Shown piece after piece: positions 44,105 to 53,288 of a stretch of DNA of 64,000 bases. The notes beneath the pieces are model-generated. The model ran no database searches and was not told where the DNA came from. It worked only from the letters and a program-made list of their open reading frames with translations. Within the stretch, counting starts at the first letter, position 1; each line of letters opens with the position of its first letter. The translations under genes and the position numbers were made by a program. The DNA comes from Candidatus Kryptoniota bacterium (GTDB lineage: Bacteria; Bacteroidota; Ignavibacteria; Kryptoniales; JAKASW01), in the NCBI GenBank assembly GCA_036567965.1, contig DATCTN010000021.1, positions 8,906 through 72,905 of the forward strand, in the 5' to 3' direction.

Positions 44105-45370
44105 TCAGTATTTCCTGTACTTATTAAAAGTGTCGATCACGGCCATGAGATTCTCTATCGGAACTCTGGCCTGAATATTATGGACTGTGTTGAATACAAA
44201 GCCTCCACCCTGCGCGAACGTCTCTATCCTTGAACGTACTTCGGATGCCACCTCTGCCGGCTTACCGAAGGGGAGTGTCTTCTGTGTGTCAACTGCGCCT
44301 CCCCAGAATGTGAACTTATCTCCGAACTCGGACTTCAGTCGGGCGGGTTCCATCTCGGCTGCAGAACACTGAACGGGATTCAATATGTCAAAACCAGAAT
44401 TCGCAAACTCGGGCAGGAGACGGTATACCGACCCGCAAGAATGAATGAAGGATTTCCAGCCTGTATTCTTGTGGATCCAGTTGTTCACTTCTCTATGGAA
44501 GGGTTGATACAGATCGCGGTATGCTTCCACGGAAATGAATGGTCCCCTCTGCGTTCCGAAGTCTGTGCCGCTTATGAAAACGGCAGTTACCTTGTTTCCG
44601 ACCTGTGTAAATAGTTTCTCGAGGTTTTGTATTCCTATCTCACATTGTCTCTCGAATATTTTGTACACGAAATCCCTGCGGGAGATTGTGCTGATGTACC
44701 AGTCTTCTATACCGCGGATGCCTTTGGGATTCTTAAGCCAGGGTGCGGGGACCATCGCGATGTCACCGAAAGCGGTACCGCCGAATGTTGCGAAGATCGC
44801 TTTATCTGTTTCCGCATAAAGGCGATCCGCTCCCATTTTGAAATGATTCAGGTCCTCGTCCGATATAGGAACGAACTCCTCGAGATTGTCGCGGACATCC
44901 AGGCGACTTTCGTCAATCTCTTCCTGTCTAACAATAGCGTCGAAGTAGAATCCTCCATTCGGCATCCTCCCGCTCGGAGACACGCTCTTGTCACCTTCGG
45001 GGTAGAGGAGAATGTCGCCATTGGGCTCGGGCGCCGTATTGAATCCTTCAGGGACGAGTACCGGGGTGCCGTCGAAGAGGCACCACTCCTTCCAGCCTTT
45101 GTTGGGGAATCCGAACATAGTCTTGCGTGAGATTAATCCAACAACGTCGATCCCGATCGAGTCCATGAGATCGCTTCCGACTTCTCCGAGCATTTGGTAC
45201 GGTTCTGTCACTTTCACCGGAGTGCCGGGTGAATCGAGTGCAAGAGCCTGTCGGAGTTTATATAGTGTGCTCGCGTGAATCCCCGTAACCGCAGACCCGC
45301 CCATGTCGAATGGAACCATGTCAGGTTCCTTGTGGTCCAACGAGGTGAGGACTCTTTCTCTGGAGATCAT
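44105..45370 (-). CDS. UROD/MtaA-family protein, paralogue A (longest, about 420 aa)
   Basis: An internal ATG gives MISRERVLTSLDHKEPDMVPFD. H-x-C in FIHSCGS. The distal Cys position is replaced (FNTVHNIQ). Extra insertions relative to paralogues B and C. Confidence 0.7.
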   Translation of the reverse strand: MISRERVLTSLDHKEPDMVPFDMGGSAVTGIHASTLYKLRQALALDSPGTPVKVTEPYQMLGEVGSDLMDSIGIDVVGLISRKTMFGFPNKGWKEWCLFDGTPVLVPEGFNTAPEPNGDILLYPEGDKSVSPSGRMPNGGFYFDAIVRQEEIDESRLDVRDNLEEFVPISDEDLNHFKMGADRLYAETDKAIFATFGGTAFGDIAMVPAPWLKNPKGIRGIEDWYISTISRRDFVYKIFERQCEIGIQNLEKLFTQVGNKVTAVFISGTDFGTQRGPFISVEAYRDLYQPFHREVNNWIHKNTGWKSFIHSCGSVYRLLPEFANSGFDILNPVQCSAAEMEPARLKSEFGDKFTFWGGAVDTQKTLPFGKPAEVASEVRSRIETFAQGGGFVFNTVHNIQARVPIENLMAVIDTFNKYRKY

Positions 45371-45536
45371 GTTCCTGACCGCTTGCCCAAGTTGACCTTC
45401 AAAATTAATTGCAATAGATAAAATCAGAACAAATTTCGTCCGTTTCAAGGAAAGATTTGTTCATTTGACCGGGAAGAACGATGGATGTGGACTAAATCAA
45501 TGTAAAAAATCCCGGGGAGGCACGGAGGAGAGACTT

Positions 45537-46634
45537 CTATTTCGGAGGGTAAGCAAAGATCATCTTCATGCCTTCGTCTGTTTTATACTCGACTTCTTTT
45601 GTTGAAAAGGGAATGAGAAATCTGTCGCCCAACTTGAGACCTTCACGATGGCCTCCTGCTGCCATCGAACCGATCCCTGACTTCACGATTCCCACATGAA
45701 ACGAGTCGGATCTCCTCCGGAATTTGTTTGTGACATCAAGCTGTAACACTTCAAAACACCGGGTCTGCTTTTCATCAATGAGTATGTACTCGATTCCGCC
45801 TTTGCCGCTTCTCGTTATCCTTGGAGGACAAAAATGTTTTCGCCGCACATCCTCTCCGGAAGTTTGGGTGAAGTCGATCATTTCGATCGCGAAATTCACG
45901 TCCCGACCCATGAACCGTGATGGCTCCGGCAGGATGTAACCTCCTCGCTCAAACTCGAGTCTTACTACGAAGTCCGTTGGCTCCATGATCTCTATCATGA
46001 AGATGCCTTCGCCGATTGCGTGAGGCATTCCGCCTGGAATTAGAAATACGTCCCCGGCATGAACTGGAACTTTTTCAAAGCACGACAGCAATTCGCTTGT
46101 CTCCTGCTTCAGTACGATTTCCCGGAATCTTCCTTTTGATGGTGCATGTTGAAATCCGAGATAGATGTAAGGTTCGCTGATCTCCTTTCGGACTCCGAGA
46201 ATGACGTACGCTTCTGTTTTCCCTGAATTGCTATTCAGATGCTTCTTCGCGAACTGGAGCGTAGGATGTGCCTGGATGTGAAGCCTGATATTCGAGTCCA
46301 GGAGCTTAACGAGAAATTGAGCTTCCGATCCGTACTTTGCGAAATGAGTCGGCCCGAGAATTTCTGCGGGGAATTTCTGAAGGAGATTCTTCAGTGAGAT
46401 CTCTTTTTCACCGAGTGCCACCCTTGAGATTCCCTCATTAACGGATTCATTGCGCCCCGGATTTATCGCCGCAGTTGTTGAGCAAACCCAGTCTTCTGGA
46501 AAATGAGAATCATCCGCGTCAACTTTGCCCTCGAGCTGGTCGAGAAGCTTGCCGCCCAGATAGCTTCTCCAAACTCGATTAGGAAGAAGTCTGATCAGTG
46601 GAGGTATTGCGGCGGATGATTCTTTACTCGACAA
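45537..46634 (-). CDS. Class I phosphomannose-isomerase-like cupin sugar isomerase
   Basis: VWRSYLGG, LHIQAHP, GKTEAYVILG, GDVFLIPGGMPHAIG and IEIMEPTDF parallel the ManA/Pmi motifs (vWGG, SvQvHP, GKtE.W, GD...ipaGt.HA, E.q..SD). Confidence 0.7.
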   Translation of the reverse strand: MSSKESSAAIPPLIRLLPNRVWRSYLGGKLLDQLEGKVDADDSHFPEDWVCSTTAAINPGRNESVNEGISRVALGEKEISLKNLLQKFPAEILGPTHFAKYGSEAQFLVKLLDSNIRLHIQAHPTLQFAKKHLNSNSGKTEAYVILGVRKEISEPYIYLGFQHAPSKGRFREIVLKQETSELLSCFEKVPVHAGDVFLIPGGMPHAIGEGIFMIEIMEPTDFVVRLEFERGGYILPEPSRFMGRDVNFAIEMIDFTQTSGEDVRRKHFCPPRITRSGKGGIEYILIDEKQTRCFEVLQLDVTNKFRRRSDSFHVGIVKSGIGSMAAGGHREGLKLGDRFLIPFSTKEVEYKTDEGMKMIFAYPPK

Positions 46635-48780
46635 GGAGGACGACCACCTGATACTGACGGATTTTGAGCGGGACCGAGATTGTCGACGTTTGTCGCGCGA
46701 ACTGGAGTTCAGTGTCGGAGATGATATCCTTCACCGAGCGCACTTCAAGACCGTCGCAGTCCAGCTCAAGCGAACCGGATTTCGGAGTGTCTTGCGAATT
46801 GATGACATATACGATTCGCGCGGTTTCGGTCTCGTGAACTTTTATATCTAGGTATGAGTGATCGTTGGAATTGAACTTAGTTCCGAGAGTAACGCCCGCA
46901 ACCGATGCAAAGCTCAGGACTAGCCTGTTCACTGGATTGTCCGTTCTCTTGAAGTAACTCGCGCCAAGCGGCACCGCGCAAAGGATCGCCCTCCCTTTGC
47001 CGTAACGGTTCTGAGTCACGGCGACCTCTCCGTTGTCTACAAAGGAGCCAAGAATATTCACGCTGCTTCTCGGGTGGAGATGCTCTCTGAAATATCTTCC
47101 CTCGAATTGAAAAGCCTCTTTCTTCACGGCAGCATTTATGCGAATTCTGGAGTTCTTATCAGATGCGATCCAGTCGGTCCGTGTCGCTCCAAACACATCA
47201 TCGAGCCCCGCGCCTGGACTCGTAGTGTAGGCAAAATCTAGCTCGTCAATCGTCGCAGTCCGTGCATCAGCCACGATCCAACCGCCAAGCTTCACATACT
47301 CCTTGAGAATCTCAGCGCACTCGCGCCGCATGACGATCTGGAACGGAAGAAAAATAATTTTGTATTGTCCAAGAGATTTCAGGTCGATACCACGGTCCAT
47401 CCTGACAATGTCCGTCACGATATTCGCTTCATGGAATGCTTTGAAGATGCCCGCATAACTTTCATACATAAATTTGTTGGTAGCCATTTCAGTGGTTTGC
47501 TCGAGTGTCTTGATCAAACCTACGACATCCACAAGGACGGCGACCTCAGCCTTTCGAAGGTGGGCGCGACTGAGCACTTCACCATACCTTTGGACCACAG
47601 CTCCGAGATCGCGGACCGCTTCACCTCGGGGTGCCAGCTCTCCATCGACGCGACATAGTCCCCTTCCGAGCGACTGGCGGCCCCGCGTAAATGGCCGCCA
47701 TTTCCAGTAGACTAACCCTTTGCAATCATTGGATAGAGCTGTCCACGCTAAAAGTGTTACCGCGTCCTTCGTCAGGTAACCGTTGAGCGCGAGACCATTC
47801 TGGGCGTTCGTGAAGAGCTCCGTTAGGATGTAGTCCTTGTTACCCGCCGAACACCTGACTGCGTTGAATGCAAGGTTGTGCAGCCAAAATGGGACCTCCT
47901 CATTTCCATGCTCGCGTTCCCAAATGTCGGGGTAGTAAGAAATTCCATGTATATCATTCTTGTCGGCAAGTGGTAAGTCGTCGACATCGTAAGACCCGAA
48001 ATCCTTGAAGCTCATCCAGGTCGTCCCGACGGAGTTTGCATTGACCGCGTGAGTTTTGTCGTATCTTCTCAATGTCTGAATCAATTCACCGAGAAGAATT
48101 CCATTCAGTTCGTTCCTGAATATTTTCCAATCTATCTGCGGCATTGAGGAGTCCCAGTTGTCATTCAGGAAAGGTGATACTTGAAGCCAGTTGTTGTATT
48201 CTTTCCCCCACGAACGCCGGAGCGCCGGCAAGGTTCCATACCTCTTCTTCAGCCAGTTCCGGTACCGCTCCATGACATGTTCGGCGTTGGAGCTGTAATG
48301 AGGTTCGTTCCATATGTTGTAGAACGCGAGTGCGGGGCTGCTGCCGTATCTCCCAATCACAGCTTTGAAGTATTCTTCGACGAGCGGGTACACCCTCGGG
48401 TCCGCGAAGTCCACGTTTTCTCTATTGTTCTTATTTCCATTCTTCAGATTGTACTGCTGCCACAGACCTTCGATCTCACTGAATTTCCAGATGGGGAAAT
48501 AGTGACTGCACTGTTCCTCCTTGAGAAGCAACGGAACAAATTTCATTCCGCATGATTCGATCCTCCGTACGATGTAATCGGTGCGCGTCCACACAAGCTC
48601 TTTGGTATCGGGATCCCATTGGCTCATCGGGAAAATCATGACATGACTTATCCCCGCTGCCGTCATAAGCTCGATGTCCCTGTCGGCCCGCTTGAAGAAT
48701 TGTTCGTCGGTTACGAACTCTTCATGGAAGATGTGGTACACCGTTCCGACGATGATCGAGCTCCCTGCGGAGAATGTCAT
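46624..48780 (-). CDS. GH42-family glycoside hydrolase (beta-galactosidase / alpha-L-arabinopyranosidase family)
   Basis: AFYNIWNEPHY (acid/base NEP), RYRNWLKKRYGTLPALRRSWG, GISYYP. The C-terminal KIIFLPFQIVM...YVKLGGWIVADA resembles the GH42 trimerisation domain. No signal peptide, so it is probably cytoplasmic. Confidence 0.8.
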   Translation of the reverse strand: MTFSAGSSIIVGTVYHIFHEEFVTDEQFFKRADRDIELMTAAGISHVMIFPMSQWDPDTKELVWTRTDYIVRRIESCGMKFVPLLLKEEQCSHYFPIWKFSEIEGLWQQYNLKNGNKNNRENVDFADPRVYPLVEEYFKAVIGRYGSSPALAFYNIWNEPHYSSNAEHVMERYRNWLKKRYGTLPALRRSWGKEYNNWLQVSPFLNDNWDSSMPQIDWKIFRNELNGILLGELIQTLRRYDKTHAVNANSVGTTWMSFKDFGSYDVDDLPLADKNDIHGISYYPDIWEREHGNEEVPFWLHNLAFNAVRCSAGNKDYILTELFTNAQNGLALNGYLTKDAVTLLAWTALSNDCKGLVYWKWRPFTRGRQSLGRGLCRVDGELAPRGEAVRDLGAVVQRYGEVLSRAHLRKAEVAVLVDVVGLIKTLEQTTEMATNKFMYESYAGIFKAFHEANIVTDIVRMDRGIDLKSLGQYKIIFLPFQIVMRRECAEILKEYVKLGGWIVADARTATIDELDFAYTTSPGAGLDDVFGATRTDWIASDKNSRIRINAAVKKEAFQFEGRYFREHLHPRSSVNILGSFVDNGEVAVTQNRYGKGRAILCAVPLGASYFKRTDNPVNRLVLSFASVAGVTLGTKFNSNDHSYLDIKVHETETARIVYVINSQDTPKSGSLELDCDGLEVRSVKDIISDTELQFARQTSTISVPLKIRQYQVVVLLVE

Positions 48781-48784
48781 GGGA

Positions 48785-49744
48785 TTATTCGCGGGGAGTT
48801 TCTCTCAGACTTGACAAACAGCTGATGAGGTAATCAAGATGCTGTCCAATTTTTGGCCATGCTTGGAATTCAAGACCGAAATCGTATTTCATATCGGAGA
48901 CATCGAAGAGGGTAACGTTGTCGCTCCATCCCTTGTCTCTGACGATGATCTTACTCTTTGAGCGGCACTTTCGCACCGCCTCCGCTGCGATATTCTCCCA
49001 TGAAACAAATGTCCTCGATAATCCGAAATAAGTCCTTCTGTTCAGGTTACTCTCGAGAACACTGACATAGAGTTTTGCAAGATCCCCTGCCCAAATAAAC
49101 TGAGTCCCGTCGTTCTTCACTACTTCTATTTGTTCGTTTCGCAGCGCATTCTTCACGATTGTCTCAAATCTTCTATCGCGCTGTGTGCTTGCGCCCGTGA
49201 CAACGGGATTTCCGAATGTATATCCGGGTCTGATGATGTTCACCCGCATATGAGTATTGTATGACACGGCGAGCAGGTAGTTCTCACTCGCAGCCTTGGT
49301 CGCCCCATAAAGAGTGGTCGGGTGATGTTTTGTAGTGGTCTCGACTTTCGATATCAGCCCGTCTATTTTGTTCTGTTCAACCATATATACATAATCGTTG
49401 ACTGCAGTCGAAGAAGTGTACAAGAATTGCTTCACCCCGGCTGCTGCGGCGAGATCGGCCATAAGAACGGTGGGGAGTGTGTCTTCTACGAGGACTTCCG
49501 CGGCAGACTCCTTTGTATACTTCAACGCCACGTGCACGCACGCATCCTTGCCTTCTACGAGCATTGCAAGGAGAGCTCCGTCCCCCAGGTCGCCTTCCAC
49601 GACTTCAAGGCCATACTGGTCCAATAATGCCGGGACCTTATTCCTGTCCCTTGCGAGGATAGTGACGTTATTCCCCCGTGAGAGGAGTTCCATGGCGACG
49701 TATGATCCGATGAAGCCAGTACCGCCGGTTAGAAACACGTTCAT
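48785..49744 (-). CDS. NAD(P)-dependent epimerase/dehydratase (extended SDR)
   Basis: MNVFLTGGTGFIGSYV (Rossmann) and YGATKAASE (YxxxK). Confidence 0.9.
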   Translation of the reverse strand: MNVFLTGGTGFIGSYVAMELLSRGNNVTILARDRNKVPALLDQYGLEVVEGDLGDGALLAMLVEGKDACVHVALKYTKESAAEVLVEDTLPTVLMADLAAAAGVKQFLYTSSTAVNDYVYMVEQNKIDGLISKVETTTKHHPTTLYGATKAASENYLLAVSYNTHMRVNIIRPGYTFGNPVVTGASTQRDRRFETIVKNALRNEQIEVVKNDGTQFIWAGDLAKLYVSVLESNLNRRTYFGLSRTFVSWENIAAEAVRKCRSKSKIIVRDKGWSDNVTLFDVSDMKYDFGLEFQAWPKIGQHLDYLISCLSSLRETPRE

Positions 49745-50025
49745 TCCAATTTTCCCATTGTCCTACGGCAGAAGGAAGTTAATAAGACGGAGTCACAATT
49801 GATAATGCGCAAACGAAGCTCGATGAACTTGAAACCTCAAACTGAAAAGTCCTGACGATGATGGGACGGAAACCTAAAAGTGTCGAAGAAATTTGATTCT
49901 TCTTTGGGGGCACAGTAAAATGATTGCAGGGTTCCTGAAGAAGCGTTGCTTTAATCGTCCGCTTCTCTTCGCAACTGTTGCATTTGCGCGGGGGACTCCA
50001 TAGCTGGAAAAATCTCGGAGAATCC

Positions 50026-51498
50026 ATGATGAACGCTACCTTTCGAGAAATGAGTTGTCTGATCCTCCTCGCACCCTTGTCTCTTCAGGCACAGCAGGGC
50101 GACACCCTCCTCATCCCCAATCGCGAACCGAACGAGATGGTGAGAATAATTACAGGAGATACCTTGACGAACGGGAAAAGAGCTGATCTGAAGAGGGTGT
50201 ATGTCCTCTTGAGAGGAGAGCGTTATGTGACCAGTCTTCCGTTGATCAACGAAGGGTACAAGTTGCGGATCGTCGGCCAGCCTGCTCCTCAGACCGGAAT
50301 TGACCCGGGGCCTCCGGTGCTCCAACATTCTCCTGATAGCACAGGTCATTATGATACGGATCGTTTGTTTGTCGTCCGTGGTGACTTCGAACTTCAGAAT
50401 GTCTGGATCCTGGCCTGGGTGTCCACAGGAGCGCAGCTCTGGGAGCCTATATTGGTGGAGCAGGACAGCGCGCGCCTGAGTGTTGACCATTGCATCTTCG
50501 AATGGTGCCAGGGACCGGCTATTCACGCCGCATCGAAGTGGACCACCGTACACCTTACTAACGATTTGTTTCGCAATGCGAATTACACCAACGAATGGTG
50601 GGCAGGGAGAGTAATCTACTATACGGCTCCTGCAGACACACTTGTGGAGGTAAACAATACAGTTGAGAACGTTGGATTCGGATTGCTGCAGTCGCAGGGG
50701 ATCGGGTTGAATTATTATTTATGTGATCATAACACGGTAGTAAATTGTGCGAAGTTCTGTTGGCTGGAGAGTTACTACACTGAAGCATACATCGCGAACA
50801 ATTTGCTTATCAATTGCCACTTCACGGGTGAAAGGCAGCAGGACCGTCCGCGGCAGGATCCCGATCTTCTTCTGTATGGGCAGGCGTTAAGCGCGGATAC
50901 TCTTGTAGTCGACGGCAAAACGATTGCCGCCTCTGACCCAAGAGAGTCGGGGCGTGTTCTGATTTACGCGAACAACGCTGTCTATTTCGATACGTCCAGC
51001 TTTTATCCTTTCTACCGCTCATACAACGACACAGTTACATCGACGGAAGGAAAGATTCTCCCGGAACCGGTAATGAATTCACGAACTGCATCTATGTTCA
51101 CCTGGCATACAGGAATGAAAGATACCGGATCGATCGAAGGAGTAAATCCACTTGTCACGAGAATGCCTCAAAACGTGACAGAGATTGTAAGATTTTTGAG
51201 AGACAGGTACTCGGTTCATCCGCGGAACAATATACTCTGGGGTTATGACCCCGACAGTCTCAATGATCCAATCGCGCATGTGTCTGGAAGGGAACTGACA
51301 CTTGTTTACAACAACTCGTCTCGTGGTACATATCCAATTCCCGAAGATCTTTCTTATGCGAGCAAGAGAATCTATTCGGGCGCCATCGGCGGTTTTGCGA
51401 TCGGAGATCTGAATTGGTTCCCGGATGAATTGAAGAAATGGAATCTCGATAATGACGTCACGCATCTGAAAATGTTAGCTCCTCAGGGTGGAGATTGA
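50026..51498 (+). CDS. Secreted hypothetical protein
   Basis: Signal peptide MMNATFREMSCLILLAPLSLQAQ. About 490 aa. Divergent from the minus-strand operon. I recognise no family with confidence; a beta-helix fold is possible. Confidence 0.6.
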   Translation: MMNATFREMSCLILLAPLSLQAQQGDTLLIPNREPNEMVRIITGDTLTNGKRADLKRVYVLLRGERYVTSLPLINEGYKLRIVGQPAPQTGIDPGPPVLQHSPDSTGHYDTDRLFVVRGDFELQNVWILAWVSTGAQLWEPILVEQDSARLSVDHCIFEWCQGPAIHAASKWTTVHLTNDLFRNANYTNEWWAGRVIYYTAPADTLVEVNNTVENVGFGLLQSQGIGLNYYLCDHNTVVNCAKFCWLESYYTEAYIANNLLINCHFTGERQQDRPRQDPDLLLYGQALSADTLVVDGKTIAASDPRESGRVLIYANNAVYFDTSSFYPFYRSYNDTVTSTEGKILPEPVMNSRTASMFTWHTGMKDTGSIEGVNPLVTRMPQNVTEIVRFLRDRYSVHPRNNILWGYDPDSLNDPIAHVSGRELTLVYNNSSRGTYPIPEDLSYASKRIYSGAIGGFAIGDLNWFPDELKKWNLDNDVTHLKMLAPQGGD

Positions 51499-51613
51499 AT
51501 TGCAGAAGGCACAACTATCCCGGCCCGGCACGGAGCGATCGATTTGACTTTTACGGTCATGGAGAGATATAATCTCTTACCAACTAATCGTCAACTAAAG
51601 TGGAACCATCGTA

Positions 51614-52612
51614 ATGAGTCAAAAGAAGTATAAGTCTTCAGACAAGAGATACGACAGAATGAGCTACAGGCGCTGTGGAAGAAGCGGCGTTATGTTGCCG
51701 GCGGTGTCGCTTGGATTATGGCACAACTTCGGCGGGGTTGATTCGGATCGGACCTACAGAAAAATTCTTTGGAGTGCCTTTGATCTTGGTGTCACTCATT
51801 TTGATCTTGCGAACAATTATGGCCCGCCGCCCGGCTCGGCAGAATCAAACTTCGGCAGGATCGTGAAACAAGACTTCTCGTCCTACCGGGATGAGATGAT
51901 CATCTCCACAAAGGCCGGCTATCTCATGTGGCCTGGTCCTTACGGAGAGTGGGGCTCGCGCAAGTATCTCATAGCCAGCCTCGACCAGAGCTTACTCAGA
52001 ATGGGTCTTGAATATGTCGACATTTTCTATTCTCATCGACCGGATCCTGATACTCCACTGGAGGAAACCATGGGCGCACTTGCCGACATCGTGGAGCAGG
52101 GGAAAGCACTGTACGTGGGAATCTCAAATTATAGAAACGATGTCGCTGCCACGGCGATCCAGACGCTTGAGAGAATGGGGGTTCATTGCTTGATTCACCA
52201 GCCACGCTACTCGATGTTCGATCGCTGGGTAGAAGAGGGGCTACTAGACGTACTCGCCAAGTATGGAGTTGGTTGTATCCCGTTTTCACCTCTCGCCCAG
52301 GGCTTGCTTACGGATCGCTACCTCAATGGAATTCCGCGCGGCTCGCGTGCTTCCAAGCCTCATGGTTTCCTCAGACCTGAGCAAATTACAGAGGAGAAGA
52401 TTTCGAAAGCTAAAAAGCTCAACGAGATAGCTAAGTCGAGAGGTCAGAGTCTGGCGCAGATGTCGCTTTCCTGGCTCCTCAAGGATACAAGAATAACATC
52501 AGTACTCATAGGGGCGAGCAGCGTGGACCAGTTGCGAAACAATTTGAAGTCGGTCGATAATCTGAGTTTCACAGACGCTGAACTGAACGCAATAGAGATG
52601 GTCCTGCAATGA
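51614..52612 (+). CDS. Aldo/keto reductase (YghZ / Kv-beta-like subfamily)
   Basis: YRRCGRSGVMLPAVSLGLWHNFGG...FDLGVTHFDLANNYGPPPGSAESNFG closely parallels the E. coli YghZ-type AKR N-terminus. The rest of the AKR fold follows (332 aa). Confidence 0.9.
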   Translation: MSQKKYKSSDKRYDRMSYRRCGRSGVMLPAVSLGLWHNFGGVDSDRTYRKILWSAFDLGVTHFDLANNYGPPPGSAESNFGRIVKQDFSSYRDEMIISTKAGYLMWPGPYGEWGSRKYLIASLDQSLLRMGLEYVDIFYSHRPDPDTPLEETMGALADIVEQGKALYVGISNYRNDVAATAIQTLERMGVHCLIHQPRYSMFDRWVEEGLLDVLAKYGVGCIPFSPLAQGLLTDRYLNGIPRGSRASKPHGFLRPEQITEEKISKAKKLNEIAKSRGQSLAQMSLSWLLKDTRITSVLIGASSVDQLRNNLKSVDNLSFTDAELNAIEMVLQ

Positions 52613-52850
52613 TGCACCTTTGGCAAGAGCTTGAACGGCTGGCTCAGCAGGCCGCTGGTTAGCCCGGTTGATGTGAGGTAAAAAAGGGGGCAAAGTGTCC
52701 TGCATCATTTTTGAATTTGGAAGGAAATTCCTAACTTGTTTAGAACAAAGTGCATAAGGCCATGCATTTCTGCCAGATGACAATTCACCGCCAGAGGGGG
52801 CGTCGAGATGTCGTGTGTCAAAACCAGACGTCCACATAAGGAGTTAGCAA

Positions 52851-53288
52851 ATGGGTACCCAGCAGCTTTTGCTCATCGTACTTGGGGTGGTGATTGTCGG
52901 GATAGCCATCGCAATTGGGATAACGCTCTTCAAAAGCAATCAACAGAGTTCGAACCGTGATCAGGTGATCAACGATCTTGAGAACCTTGCATGGAAGGCG
53001 CAGGCTTATTACAGAAGGCCCGTGTCGATGGCCGGCGGCGGTGAAGACTTCAAAGGATTCTACATCATGTCTGCGGACACGGGGAATGACAACGGTAGTT
53101 ACACGGCGAGCCCTACAGCTCCAACCGGAAATGCTTATGTTCCGGGAGATACGACGCATATCCAGGCCGCATCCCAGAAGATATATATCATCGGTTGTGG
53201 AAAGATCATAGGCAACGACGAAGTAAGTTTTGTGAAAGTTTACGTAACCGTTACTCATATGACACAGGATATATTTATCCTCAATTAG
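52851..53288 (+). CDS. Pilin/pseudopilin-like protein with a very short leader
   Basis: MG|TQQLLLIVLGVVIVGIAIAIGITLF is a pilin-type N-terminal hydrophobic helix that lacks the canonical G|FTLIE and Glu+5. Confidence 0.5.
   Translation: MGTQQLLLIVLGVVIVGIAIAIGITLFKSNQQSSNRDQVINDLENLAWKAQAYYRRPVSMAGGGEDFKGFYIMSADTGNDNGSYTASPTAPTGNAYVPGDTTHIQAASQKIYIIGCGKIIGNDEVSFVKVYVTVTHMTQDIFILN

Noticed and set aside
49745-50025. I looked for a cobalamin riboswitch in the leader of the corrinoid operon (minus strand).
   Set aside because: No B12-box-like core (GCCACTG and its surrounding conserved stems) is visible on either strand. A covariance-model scan would be needed to be sure.
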